64,000 nucleotides of DNA, from positions 928,001 to 992,000 of the forward strand of contig CAWFXA010000003.1 of assembly GCA_963819655.1 (NCBI GenBank), read 5' to 3'. The DNA comes from an uncultured Chloroflexia bacterium. Its GTDB lineage: Bacteria > Chloroflexota > Limnocylindria > Limnocylindrales > CSP1-4. The position numbers and the translations under genes were made by a program. Shown here in pieces: positions 41,347-50,708 of the stretch (within the stretch, counting starts at the first letter, position 1; every line of letters begins with the position of its first letter). Below the pieces are notes generated by a model, which was not told the origin of the DNA, made no database searches, and was given only the letters and a program-made list of their open reading frames with translations.

Positions 41347-42360
41347 CTAGCCGGCTCGCGCCGGGAACGCCTCGCCGAGCGCCCCCTCGAGGTCCTCGCC
41401 GGTGGGGACGGGCTCATGCCAGCGGTGGACGAGGACGGTGTGGCGACCGACGATCGGGACGTCGCGCGCAGCGATGTAGCGGATGAACACGGCCCCCGAG
41501 TCCGGCACGAGCCACGGTCCCTCGCCGCTCACATGGCCGGTCTGGAGCAGCGTCTCCCATGGCTCGGCTCGGGCGTTCGGTGCGGCGAGCGAGATGTCCA
41601 ACACGGATTTCCCGACGAGATCCTCCGCCGCCCAGCCGATCGCCGCGGCTGCGGCGGCCGTGATGTCGACGATCCGCAAGTCCTCGTCGATCACGTAGAT
41701 GGGCGGCCCGCTTGCGGTCGGCAGGCGTGGCGCGATCTCGATTCCGTCATAGGTCTCGAGGTGGATGCGGTCGCTCCAATCCGCGAGATCCGTGGCATAC
41801 AGGGGCTTCTCCGGGCGGCCACCCGTCGCTCGACGGATCGTGGCCCGGTCGGGCCAGACGCCGACCGTGACGGCTTCGCACTCCCGCCCGATGACGCGGC
41901 GGCCGAGGTGTGACGCGACGAGACCCAGGTCCACGAAGCGCGGCTGCTGGTTTCGCAGCGTCTCGATGAGCCTCGCTTCCTCGTTCGGCCGCGCCCGAAC
42001 CGTCAGGATCCGCAGGTACGCGGACTTCTCGGGTGGCAAGGCCGCAAACGTCCGACCGACGATCTCGTAGTGGACGGCCTGATCGACCTCGAGCGGTAGG
42101 CGCAGGCGGGTCCCGAGGAACCGGTCCTGCTCGTCGATGCCGGTCGCCCGGGCCATGAGGCTCGCGTCACGCCAGACCGTCACGATCGCCGCCTCGACCT
42201 GGCCGTTCTCCCCATCGGCAGACGACCGGCGGGCGCCGACGATCAGGCTATCCAGGCCGGGAACGTCGCGGGCCGCACGTGCCAGGCGACCGCGCACGTC
42301 GACCAGAGCCGTCGCGTCGAGGCCTGCCGGGAACCGACCGAACACGATGCGCAGGATCAT
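41347..42360 (-). CDS. Two ABM-like (dimeric alpha+beta barrel) domains plus a C-terminal PAS domain
   Basis: Repeated ILRI...G(A)RR...EAxxVxVWxD units; PAS signature IYVIDEDLRIVDI...GWAAEDLVGKSV. Confidence 0.65.
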   Translation of the reverse strand: MILRIVFGRFPAGLDATALVDVRGRLARAARDVPGLDSLIVGARRSSADGENGQVEAAIVTVWRDASLMARATGIDEQDRFLGTRLRLPLEVDQAVHYEIVGRTFAALPPEKSAYLRILTVRARPNEEARLIETLRNQQPRFVDLGLVASHLGRRVIGRECEAVTVGVWPDRATIRRATGGRPEKPLYATDLADWSDRIHLETYDGIEIAPRLPTASGPPIYVIDEDLRIVDITAAAAAAIGWAAEDLVGKSVLDISLAAPNARAEPWETLLQTGHVSGEGPWLVPDSGAVFIRYIAARDVPIVGRHTVLVHRWHEPVPTGEDLEGALGEAFPARAG

Positions 42361-42671
42361 GCTGGCCGAAACGATACTCCTGCGGTGGGGTGGCTCCGGG
42401 CGGCGCTTCGGAGGGCCTGGCAGGCGTCAGGCTTGATGCACATTTTCCGCGCCGGAAGCGACCTTTGTCGGTTGATGTGCATGGGCCGCATCAACGCGCG
42501 TTGTCCGTCCCTCGCTTGGGATGTCGTGGTACCGCCGGCGCGGTCGTCCGTCCCTCGTCCCCGTCCCAGATGCGGCCTGTACGCATCAGCACCGATGGTC
42601 CGAGCGGCAGCCGAACGTGGACATCGGGAGCCGGTGAGGCAGCACAATGACCTCGCCGTGCTGACCCAACG

Positions 42672-43946
42672 ATGACCGCCCTCGACGCCGGCTCGGCGCG
42701 CCGGCGCTACCTCGTCCTCACGGCGCTGCGGTGGCTGCCGGTCGGGCTGCTCATCCCGATCTTCGTGTTGGTGCCGCTGTCGCGCGGGCTGACGCTCACC
42801 GAGATCGGTCTCGTCTTCGCGGTGCAGGGCCTCATCGTCCTGGCGCTCGAACTGCCGACGGGTGGGCTCTCGGATTCGCTCGGTCGGCGGCCGGTCCTGC
42901 TCCTCGCCGGCGGGGTCGCCGTCGTCTCGATGACCATCTTCACCATCGCCGACACGACGGCGATGTTCGTCGTCGCGATGGTGTTCCAGGGCATCTATCG
43001 CGCGCTCGATTCCGGCCCGCTCGAAGCGTGGTACGTCGACGCCACGCTGGCGGCCGACCCAGATGCCGAGATCGAGCACGGCCTCGGGCGTGGCTCGGCT
43101 GTGTTGAGCGTGGCGATCGCGTTCGGGGCACTGCTGTCGGGGGCGCTGGTCGCGCTCCACCCGGTCCCGGGACTCGACCCGCTGACGCTGCCGCTGCTCG
43201 TCGCGCTCGGGCTCCATGTCGTCGATCTCGTGGCCGTCGCGCTGCTCATGACGGAGGTGCCGCAGGCACGGAACCCGCGGGCGATCGCGGCCTCGGTCCG
43301 GGCGGTTCCGGCCGTCATCGGCGAAGGGATCCAGCTGCTCCGCTCGTCGCGGGTGCTGCTCGGGATCGTGCTCGTCGAGGCGTTCTGGGGGTTCTCGATG
43401 GTCACGTTCGAGAGCCTCTTCCCGATCCGGCTGTCGGAGCTCGTCGGCGGTGTCGACGCAGCCGCCGCGATCATGGGTCCGGTGGGATCGGCGGCCTGGT
43501 TCGCATCGGCGGCGGGTGCGGCGGGCATCGTCTGGGTGAGTCGGCGGATCGGGGTCGCGCGGTCGGCCGCTCTGCTGCGGATCGTCCAGGGTCTGACGAT
43601 CGTCGCGATGGGCGTGCTCGCGGGTCCGGTCGGGGTGGTCGCCGCGTACCTCGGCTGCTACGTCGCGCACGGAGCCTCGAACCCGATGCACACGACGTTG
43701 CTGCATCGGCAGGTCGAGGCGTCGCATCGGACGACCGTGCTGTCGATGAACTCGATGGTCTCCCAACCGGCTGGTTCTCTCGGCGCGATCACGTTGTCGG
43801 CTCTCGCGGACGGAACGAGTCTGTCAACGGCGATGATCGTGGGCGGGATCATCTGTGCGATCGCCGCGCCGCTGTACATCCCCGCCTGGCGGCAGGAGCG
43901 CGCGAACAAGGCGTTGGCCGCGGATCGTGGATCCATCGCCGCGTAG
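42672..43946 (+). CDS. MFS transporter
   Basis: ELPTGGLSDSLGRR motif A, 12 TM helices. Confidence 0.92.
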   Translation: MTALDAGSARRRYLVLTALRWLPVGLLIPIFVLVPLSRGLTLTEIGLVFAVQGLIVLALELPTGGLSDSLGRRPVLLLAGGVAVVSMTIFTIADTTAMFVVAMVFQGIYRALDSGPLEAWYVDATLAADPDAEIEHGLGRGSAVLSVAIAFGALLSGALVALHPVPGLDPLTLPLLVALGLHVVDLVAVALLMTEVPQARNPRAIAASVRAVPAVIGEGIQLLRSSRVLLGIVLVEAFWGFSMVTFESLFPIRLSELVGGVDAAAAIMGPVGSAAWFASAAGAAGIVWVSRRIGVARSAALLRIVQGLTIVAMGVLAGPVGVVAAYLGCYVAHGASNPMHTTLLHRQVEASHRTTVLSMNSMVSQPAGSLGAITLSALADGTSLSTAMIVGGIICAIAAPLYIPAWRQERANKALAADRGSIAA

Positions 43947-43955
43947 ACTCGGGGC

Positions 43956-44828
43956 GTGCCCGAACCTCCGGTCCAGGTCGAGCGGTTCTCTGATGCCCAG
44001 GCCTTCCTCGATGCGGCCGGGCCGTTCCTCGCCGATCGCGAGGCGGAGCACAACCTCCTGTTCGGGATCGCCGCGAACCTGATCACGGACCCGGACCGGC
44101 CGATGACCGCGCCGCCGTATTTCGCCGCGTTCCGGCGGGACGACGAGGTGGTCGCGGCGGCTCTGATGACCCCACCGTTCAATGTCGTCGTGTCGTGCAT
44201 CGACGAACCGGACGCGATACCGGCTCTCGCCGCGGACCTCGATCGTGGCCGCTTCGCCGTTCCGGGCATCACCGCACCGGTCGCCGTGGCGCGCGCGTTC
44301 TCCGAGAGGTGGGCCGAGCGGCACGGCGTCACGGTCGAGCGCACGATGGCCGAGCGGATCTACCGCGTGGAACGTGTCACGAGGCCGGACGACGTTCCGG
44401 GCTCGATCCGGACGGCCACGCCGGACGATCGAGACGTGCTCGTCGAGTGGGTCAGGGAGTTCCTGCGCGAGGCGGTCCATCGGACCGATGATGGCGAGAC
44501 CCAGGCTGTGGTCGACAGCGCCTTGCGGACGGGCTCCCGGACGTTCTACCTGTGGGAGGACGATGGCCGGCCCGTTTCGCTGGCCGGGGTGACCGGACCG
44601 ACGCCGAACGGGATCCGGGTCGGGCCCGTCTACACCCCGCCCCAGGATCGCGGGCGCGGGTTCGCAAGTGCCGTGACCGCGGCCGCGAGCCAGCAGCAGC
44701 TCGACCAGGGTCGCCGCTTCGTGTTCCTGTTCACGGACATCACGAACGCGACCTCGAACAAGATCTACCAGGCGATCGGCTATGAGCCCGTGATCGACAT
44801 CGACCAGTGGAGCTTCGAGCCGGCCTGA
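43956..44828 (+). CDS. GNAT family acetyltransferase
   Basis: RVGPVYTPPQDRGRGFA, SNKIYQAIGY. Confidence 0.92.
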   Translation: MPEPPVQVERFSDAQAFLDAAGPFLADREAEHNLLFGIAANLITDPDRPMTAPPYFAAFRRDDEVVAAALMTPPFNVVVSCIDEPDAIPALAADLDRGRFAVPGITAPVAVARAFSERWAERHGVTVERTMAERIYRVERVTRPDDVPGSIRTATPDDRDVLVEWVREFLREAVHRTDDGETQAVVDSALRTGSRTFYLWEDDGRPVSLAGVTGPTPNGIRVGPVYTPPQDRGRGFASAVTAAASQQQLDQGRRFVFLFTDITNATSNKIYQAIGYEPVIDIDQWSFEPA

Positions 44829-45051
44829 CTCGAGCTCGCGCCGCTTGGCGGCGCGCCACGCCCGGCCACCCCAAAACGATTTTCGAACGATTCCGGCCTC
44901 GTCGACGCCCATATAGATAGAGCCCGCGGTTCGCTCCTCCTCCCGCGGCCGCGGGCTGGGACGCACGTGACGCGAGGGCTCGGGCGCGCGACTGGGGGTC
45001 GCCGCCCGAGATCCCTCTTCCGACCCGTCGCGTCCCCTAGACTCACGTTCC

Positions 45052-46302
45052 ATCGAAACCATCGACGCCGCCGGCGCTCGCAGCATCCTTCGCGACCCGG
45101 TCTTTGCTCGGCTGTGGTTCATACAGGCCGCCAACCAGATCGGCGGCAACATGGCGCTCTACGCGCTGACCGTGCTGGTCTTCACCTCGACTCGTTCGAA
45201 CAGCGCGGTCAGTGCCCTGCTGGTGTCGTTCGTGCTGCCACAGATCGCGCTGTCGCCGTTCGCCGGAGTGATCGTCGACCGGCTCGATCTCCGCTGGGCC
45301 CTGGTCGTGCCGAACCTGGTCCGGACCGGACTGACGGCGTGGCTGGCCCTCGCTGGCGCGAACATCCCGATGGTCCTGGCGCTCAATCTCGGGATCAGCC
45401 TGATGAGCGTGGCGCTCACCCCGGCCGAGGGCTCGATGATCCCGCGCGTGGTGCCCAAGCCCCAGCTCGAGACCGCGTTGAGCATCTTCAATCTGACCCT
45501 GCAGGGCTCGTTCGCGATCGGTTTCGCGTTCCTCGGGCCGCTGCTCGTGTCGATCGCCGGGCCCTCGTTCGTGCTGGGTGTCGTGACCACGTTCTACGTG
45601 GCGGCCAGCATCGCCTGCATCGGCCTGCCGAGTGCCCCGCCCATCCCGCCGAAGCCCGGTGAGCAGCGGGAGTCGCTGCGCGAGCCACTCGACCAGCTGC
45701 GCGACGGCTTCCGCGTCGTCCGCCGGGAGTCGTCGATCAGCCGGCCGATCGTGCTGCTCGCCACGGCGACCTCGGTCGCCAGTGTCCTCGGCGTGCTCGG
45801 CCCGTCCCTCGCGACCACCGTCGGTCTCGATCCCGAGCAGCTCGCGGTCGTCCTCGTCCCGCTCGGGATCGGGGTGGTCATCGGCGTGTTCGGCCTGCGT
45901 CGGTTCGGACGCTCGTTGCCGCGTCGACGGGTCGCGGAGGGCGGACTGCTCGTGCTCGCGACTGTGACGACGGCACTCGCCGGGGCCGGCTGGCTCGACG
46001 GGGTGTTGCACGGCCTCGGCGTCGAGATCGGGGCGCTGCCGGTCGTCGTGGTCGTGGCGATGATCGCGGGCGCGGCCTACGCGGTCACGTCGGTCACGGC
46101 ACAGACCAATCTCGTCGAGTCCACTCCCGCCGACGTCCGCGGCCGCGTCTTCGGGGTGCTCGCCTCGATCGTCAGCGCGGCGTCGCTCGTGCCGTCGCTC
46201 GTCGCCGGACCACTGGCCGATCGGGTCTCGACCGGAGCCGCCATCGCGGTCGCGGGGATCGCGCTCCTCGTGATCGGTATCTGGTCGGTTCGGCGACCCT
46301 GA
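45052..46302 (+). CDS. MFS transporter (start uncertain, no canonical start before TM1)
   Basis: LRDPVFARLW N-terminal motif upstream of the first ATG (45151); GVIVDRLD, VRGRVFG. Confidence 0.85.
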   Translation: METIDAAGARSILRDPVFARLWFIQAANQIGGNMALYALTVLVFTSTRSNSAVSALLVSFVLPQIALSPFAGVIVDRLDLRWALVVPNLVRTGLTAWLALAGANIPMVLALNLGISLMSVALTPAEGSMIPRVVPKPQLETALSIFNLTLQGSFAIGFAFLGPLLVSIAGPSFVLGVVTTFYVAASIACIGLPSAPPIPPKPGEQRESLREPLDQLRDGFRVVRRESSISRPIVLLATATSVASVLGVLGPSLATTVGLDPEQLAVVLVPLGIGVVIGVFGLRRFGRSLPRRRVAEGGLLVLATVTTALAGAGWLDGVLHGLGVEIGALPVVVVVAMIAGAAYAVTSVTAQTNLVESTPADVRGRVFGVLASIVSAASLVPSLVAGPLADRVSTGAAIAVAGIALLVIGIWSVRRP

Positions 46303-46344
46303 CGCACGGCGGATCGGCGCGCCGTTCGACGCGAACCAGGCGGT

Positions 46345-46622
46345 ATCGCCCAGACGACGTCCAGCTGCATCCTGGGCGATCGGCGCGTGCTCGTTCATCG
46401 CCGGAGCGTCACTGGGAGCGACGTTGTCACTGTGAGTGACACGATCGGCACAGCCGTGCACGATCGATCGCCCAGACGACGTCCAACTGCAGCCTGGGCG
46501 ATCGGCGCGTGCTCATTCATCGCCGGAGCGTCACTGGGGGCGACATTGTCACTGTGAGTGACACGATCGGCACAGCCGTGCACGATCGATCGCCCAGACG
46601 ACGTCCAGCTGCATCCTGGGCG
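46345..46622. repeat. 122-bp tandem repeat (2.3 units) containing two palindromes
   Basis: Units start at 46345, 46467 and 46589; palindromes ATCGCCCAG-N18-CTGGGCGAT and TGTCACT-GTG-AGTGACA. Confidence 0.92.
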
Positions 46623-46928
46623 TCTCGAACCCGCCTGACATCGAGCGGCGGCGACGGGGTCCAGAACGGCGGCGACGGGGCCGAAGCTCCGTCGCCGCCG
46701 ATGAAGGCCGTCTGGGGGCTCGGCCTTCATGGATCCGGCTGGTGGCGCGTCGCCAGATCCGCGCCCGTCGAGTCATGGACTCCGGACGATCGGCCTATCC
46801 TGCACCGCCCGTGGGTGGTCTGGTGCGGTGAGGTGGAGTCTGGGGTGGATGTTTGGTGACCCCGCGCACCATGTTCTGACTGCCGAGACCACGAACCCGG
46901 CCGACCTCGATGTCGTCAGGGCCACAGC

Positions 46929-46958
46929 GAAGGGCGGAGCCCCAACGCTCCGCCCTTC
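46929..46958 (-). terminator. Hairpin downstream of the ACT gene
   Basis: GAAGGGCGGAGC-loop-GCTCCGCCCTTC perfect 12-bp stem. Confidence 0.6.
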
Positions 46959-47004
46959 TCGATTCTGCGGTCGGCCAGCCATAGGCGGCCGGCTCGGTCG
47001 ATCG

Positions 47005-47406
47005 TCAGGCGCTCGTCGACCCCGCGTGGGCGATAGCGTTTCGCGCCTTGACGGGGTCGCTCGTGACGAATCCGACTTCGATGTCCTGACCCTGTGTGCC
47101 CATCAGCAGGATCGACTCGACATTGACTCCGGCGTTCGCGAGCTGCCGCGCCGCCTTCGCCAGCGCGCCGGGCTGGTTCTTCATCGTCGTGGACGTGATC
47201 TCCTTCTGCTCGAACGTGAACCGCAGGTCACCGAGGGCCGCCCGCGTCTGGGCGTCGTCGTCGGTGGCGATCGCGATGCGGCCCTTGTCGCCGCAGGTCG
47301 CGCCGCTGACGCTGATCACGTTGACGCCCTTTGCCGCGATCGCCTCCGCGACATCGGCAAGCGCGCCAGGTTTGTCCTCGAGCTCGATCAGGAAGGCATG
47401 CTGCAT
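47005..47406 (-). CDS. Tandem ACT domain protein
   Basis: EDKPGALA...GVNV and NQPGALA...GVNVE; GGAG SD. Confidence 0.9.
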   Translation of the reverse strand: MQHAFLIELEDKPGALADVAEAIAAKGVNVISVSGATCGDKGRIAIATDDDAQTRAALGDLRFTFEQKEITSTTMKNQPGALAKAARQLANAGVNVESILLMGTQGQDIEVGFVTSDPVKARNAIAHAGSTSA

Positions 47407-47564
47407 GGCCGGCGCTCCTCCGGACACTCGGCCCGTCCGAGGAACCTGTGAGACCCCTCGAGGGCGGGTCGGGAGACTGCTGATTCTACGCCGCGGGTCC
47501 ACCCTGGCCGGCGTTCCCGTCCGCGCCTCCGGCCCGGCCGGGCCCCTGGAACATCCTGAAGGCA

Positions 47565-48920
47565 TCATCTGCCGATGGCCTGAGCGGTCATGTCGAGCGC
47601 GTCGACCTCAGCCTGGTAGATCGCGCCGAGCCGGTCGCCGAGATCCTCGAGGATCGCCGCGATGCGGCTTGGTGGCAGGGGGAAGGCATCGGCGTAGCGA
47701 TCGCGGATCGTCCACGCGGTCCGCGCGGCCGCTGCCGCTCGCGACCGGCCCTGTTCGCCGGCCATCACCGCCTCGTGCAGTGTCTCGACCGCGTCGACCG
47801 CCTCGGCGGCACCGTCGAGATCGGGCGGCACGGCCGCGTCGGCCAGCTCCTCCCATCGGTCGGCGACGCCCCGCCATGCTCGCGCCGCGTCGCCGAGCGC
47901 AGGGTTGTCGAGGGCGACGGCCGCTTCATCGAGGGATGCGGCATACAGCTCCCGCAAGTGCCCACCCCATGGCCCGACCTGGCCGTCGACGCTTTCGTGG
48001 AGAGCCAGAAGCGCCCCGAACAAACCCTGGCCATCGCCGAAGACGCGCGGCCACGCTTTCGCGTTCCGCTGGTCCGTCATCAGGCGGCCCCACTTGCGCC
48101 ACGCCGGGAGCGAGAACGAGTCCGATCGGGAGCGGAGGTGGTCCACCTGGTCCTCGAGGCCCGCGCGCATCGCCGCCCGAAGCCGTTCGGCCGGGATCGG
48201 TCCGGGTGTCGTTCGCAGCCCGACGATCCGGTGCTTGAACGAGCCGATCCGCCCGCGCGCGGTCGCCATCGCGGCCGGTGACACCCGGAATGGGGTCCGG
48301 CCCCGGTCATCCACGAGGTACGAGCCATCGGCGTCACGTCCGAAGACGACCACCACGAGACCGAAGTGTCCCGACAGCGCGTCGGGCAGGCCCCAGGTCC
48401 CGACCGACTGCAGGTCGACTGAGGCGATGACCGGGACGCCGGCGTCCAGGCGGGCGTCGAGCGCCTCACGAGCGCCTTTCGCGCCGCCGGTCTCGTGGAG
48501 GTCGGGCTCGACGCCGAGCCGATCGAGCGTCTTGGCGGTCCAGCCGGGGATCGACGGGTATTGCGGCTGATTCCGGAAGCCGAGCGTGAGGACCGGGCCG
48601 CCGTGGCTCTTGAACTCCCAGAGGATGTAGCCGGCGCCCAGGCCGCCGCCGATGCCGAGGATCGCTGCCTCGGTCAACGGCTCGCCCGTCACACCCGAGA
48701 CGACGCCCTGATTCGCGAGGACGTTGGCCAGCGTGGCTGTCTCCGGGTGCAGGCCGCCGCGCATCCGGTAGCCCGACGGGCTGGCGGCGCCGGCCGTCGG
48801 CTCCGCGTGATGACCGTCCGTGGCGCCCTCGATCAGGGTGCGTCGGGCGGCGGCGTATCGCTCGCCGGTCTTGGCCATGCGCGCACGCACGACCCGCTTG
48901 AAGGCCTTGTTGGTGGTCAT
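47565..48920 (-). CDS. BtrH N-terminal/DUF4872 papain-like domain protein with a basic N-terminal extension
   Basis: GGLHPETATL, EAAILGIGGGLGAGY, VVFGRD...VDDR; N-terminus MTTNKAFKRVVRARMAKTGERYAAARR. Confidence 0.75.
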   Translation of the reverse strand: MTTNKAFKRVVRARMAKTGERYAAARRTLIEGATDGHHAEPTAGAASPSGYRMRGGLHPETATLANVLANQGVVSGVTGEPLTEAAILGIGGGLGAGYILWEFKSHGGPVLTLGFRNQPQYPSIPGWTAKTLDRLGVEPDLHETGGAKGAREALDARLDAGVPVIASVDLQSVGTWGLPDALSGHFGLVVVVFGRDADGSYLVDDRGRTPFRVSPAAMATARGRIGSFKHRIVGLRTTPGPIPAERLRAAMRAGLEDQVDHLRSRSDSFSLPAWRKWGRLMTDQRNAKAWPRVFGDGQGLFGALLALHESVDGQVGPWGGHLRELYAASLDEAAVALDNPALGDAARAWRGVADRWEELADAAVPPDLDGAAEAVDAVETLHEAVMAGEQGRSRAAAAARTAWTIRDRYADAFPLPPSRIAAILEDLGDRLGAIYQAEVDALDMTAQAIGR

Positions 48921-49083
48921 CGGTCAGTTCTCCGTCACGGCCGTCGACGCACGCGCCCACACCGCCACGTCGTCGGCCGGTCGGATGGTCGACCGGTTCG
49001 TCCCGAGGATCTGGATCCCCTTTACCGCCGCATCGCCGCGCCGCGTGGGGGCTCGGTCTGGCAGTCGCGCGCGGGAACGCGCC
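48921..49083 (-). ncRNA. Candidate structured 5' leader RNA
   Basis: TACACT -10 box at 49090-49095, followed by several hairpins and a long-range CCCACGC/GTGTGGG pairing. Confidence 0.4.
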
Positions 49084-49183
49084 GTCGCCAGTGTACGACG
49101 CCGAGGAACTAAGTTGCGAGCAGGGTCTGCGTCCCTCACCGGTCCAGTAGCATCCGCCGCGTGATCCGCTTCTCTCCCGCGCG

Positions 49184-49861
49184 ATGACCGCCGACATCCG
49201 TGAGCTGCCACTCCCCGACGCCGTCCTCTTCGACCTCGACGGCACCCTCGTGGACACGGTCCAGACCAGGATCGACGCGTGGCTCGCCGTCTTCGAGGAG
49301 GTCGACCTGCCCACCTCCCAGGACGATCTGGCGCCGCTCATCGGGGTCGATGGCAAACGCCTGGCTCGCGAGGTCGCCGCGCGCGCCGGCCGACCGATCG
49401 ACGACGGGCGCGCCGAGACGATCGACAAACGCTCGGGCGAGATCTACGAGGTGCTCAACAGCTCCCCTCGCCCGCTGCCCGGCGTCCGAGAGCTCGTCGA
49501 GGCGATCGAGAAACGCGGGATCGACTGGGCGATCGCCACGTCGAGCCGCAAGGACCAGGTCACGATGTCGGTCAAGGCGCTCGGCCTCGACACGGAACCG
49601 ACCATCGTCGACGCGAGCCACGTCAAGCACGCCAAGCCCGAGCCCGACTTGCTGCTCCGCGCCGCCGAGGAGGTCGGCGTCGAGCCGGCGCGGACCTGGT
49701 ATGTCGGCGACGCGACGTGGGACATGGTCGCCGCAGTCGCCGCAGGCATGATCCCGATCGGCGTCACGGCCGGCTCGGCTGTCCCGGCGAGCGCGCTGGA
49801 GGGGGCCGGCGCGACGGTCGTCGTCGAGGATCTGCTCGAGATCGCGGACGCGCTCCGCTAG
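49184..49861 (+). CDS. HAD family hydrolase
   Basis: FDLDGTLVDT, ATSS, KPEPD, VGDATWD. Confidence 0.93.
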   Translation: MTADIRELPLPDAVLFDLDGTLVDTVQTRIDAWLAVFEEVDLPTSQDDLAPLIGVDGKRLAREVAARAGRPIDDGRAETIDKRSGEIYEVLNSSPRPLPGVRELVEAIEKRGIDWAIATSSRKDQVTMSVKALGLDTEPTIVDASHVKHAKPEPDLLLRAAEEVGVEPARTWYVGDATWDMVAAVAAGMIPIGVTAGSAVPASALEGAGATVVVEDLLEIADALR

Positions 49862-50577
49862 CTCGCGGACGCCGCCCGCACCAGGCGAACAGCCTCGGCA
49901 ACGCCGCCGTCCCACGCATCGCCGTGCCCCGGCAGGACCCAGCGCGCGTCGACGGTCTCCAACCGCGCCAACGACGCCAGCGCAGTTGCCGGATCCAGTG
50001 TGAACGGCGCCGGCTGTGGTCCCACCTGACCGGTGAGCACGCTGCGGGTCGTCATCGTGTCGCCGACGAACACGGCACTCAGGCCCGGGACGTGGATCGC
50101 GGCACTCCCCGGGGTGTGGCCCGGCATATGGATGACACGCGGCGAGCCGGGCAGGTCGAGGGTGGCGCCATCATCGAAGGTCACGAGCTCGGTGAGCGGC
50201 GGGACGCGCAGGCCGCCTCGCAAGCCGCTGTACCAGAGGAAGCCGAGCAGCGGACGGATCTTCACCGGCCCCCAGCCGCTCGATGGCTTCTTCACCTCGG
50301 CACGGGCCCGTGCAGCGTCGGCCTCGTGGACATGCACCGGGACGCCGCGCTCACGCCGAAGCCGCTCGGCGAAGCCGACGTGGTCGGTGTCGCCGTGTGT
50401 CAACACGACCGCGCGAACGTCGTCGAGCGACCGACCCATCGACGCCAGTTCCCTGGGTAGGTCGTTCCAGTAGCCGGGCAGCCCGGCATCGATGATCGTG
50501 ACGGCGCCGGCGTCCTCGACGAGATAGCTGTTGACGATGCTCGATCCGAGCCGATGGAGCGAAGGTGCGATCTGCAT
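49858..50577 (-). CDS. MBL-fold metallo-hydrolase
   Basis: THGDTDHVG, PGHTPG, GD, PGHG. Confidence 0.93.
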   Translation of the reverse strand: MQIAPSLHRLGSSIVNSYLVEDAGAVTIIDAGLPGYWNDLPRELASMGRSLDDVRAVVLTHGDTDHVGFAERLRRERGVPVHVHEADAARARAEVKKPSSGWGPVKIRPLLGFLWYSGLRGGLRVPPLTELVTFDDGATLDLPGSPRVIHMPGHTPGSAAIHVPGLSAVFVGDTMTTRSVLTGQVGPQPAPFTLDPATALASLARLETVDARWVLPGHGDAWDGGVAEAVRLVRAASAS

Positions 50578-50635
50578 CTCGTTGATCCTGACTCCTTGTA
50601 TCTGGCGCGTCTCGGCGCTACCATCTCGTTGTCAT

Positions 50636-50674
50636 GGCTATCCTACATAGCCTTCATGGCTAATGTCAATAGCC
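50636..50674. promoter_or_regulatory. Tandem TetR operators GGCTA-N7-TAGCC
   Basis: Two palindromes at 50636-50652 and 50658-50674 between the divergent MBL and tetR genes. Confidence 0.75.
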
Positions 50675-50708
50675 GCGTGCCGCGAGAGAGATCAAAGGAG
50701 CCAGGTCA

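Noticed and set aside
46345-46622. CRISPR array or MITE
   Set aside because: The spacers are near-identical copies, and I saw no terminal inverted repeats with a target-site duplication.
48921-49083. Cobalamin riboswitch
   Set aside because: It lacks the B12 box and the GCCACTG/GGGAAG elements; kept as an unknown leader instead.
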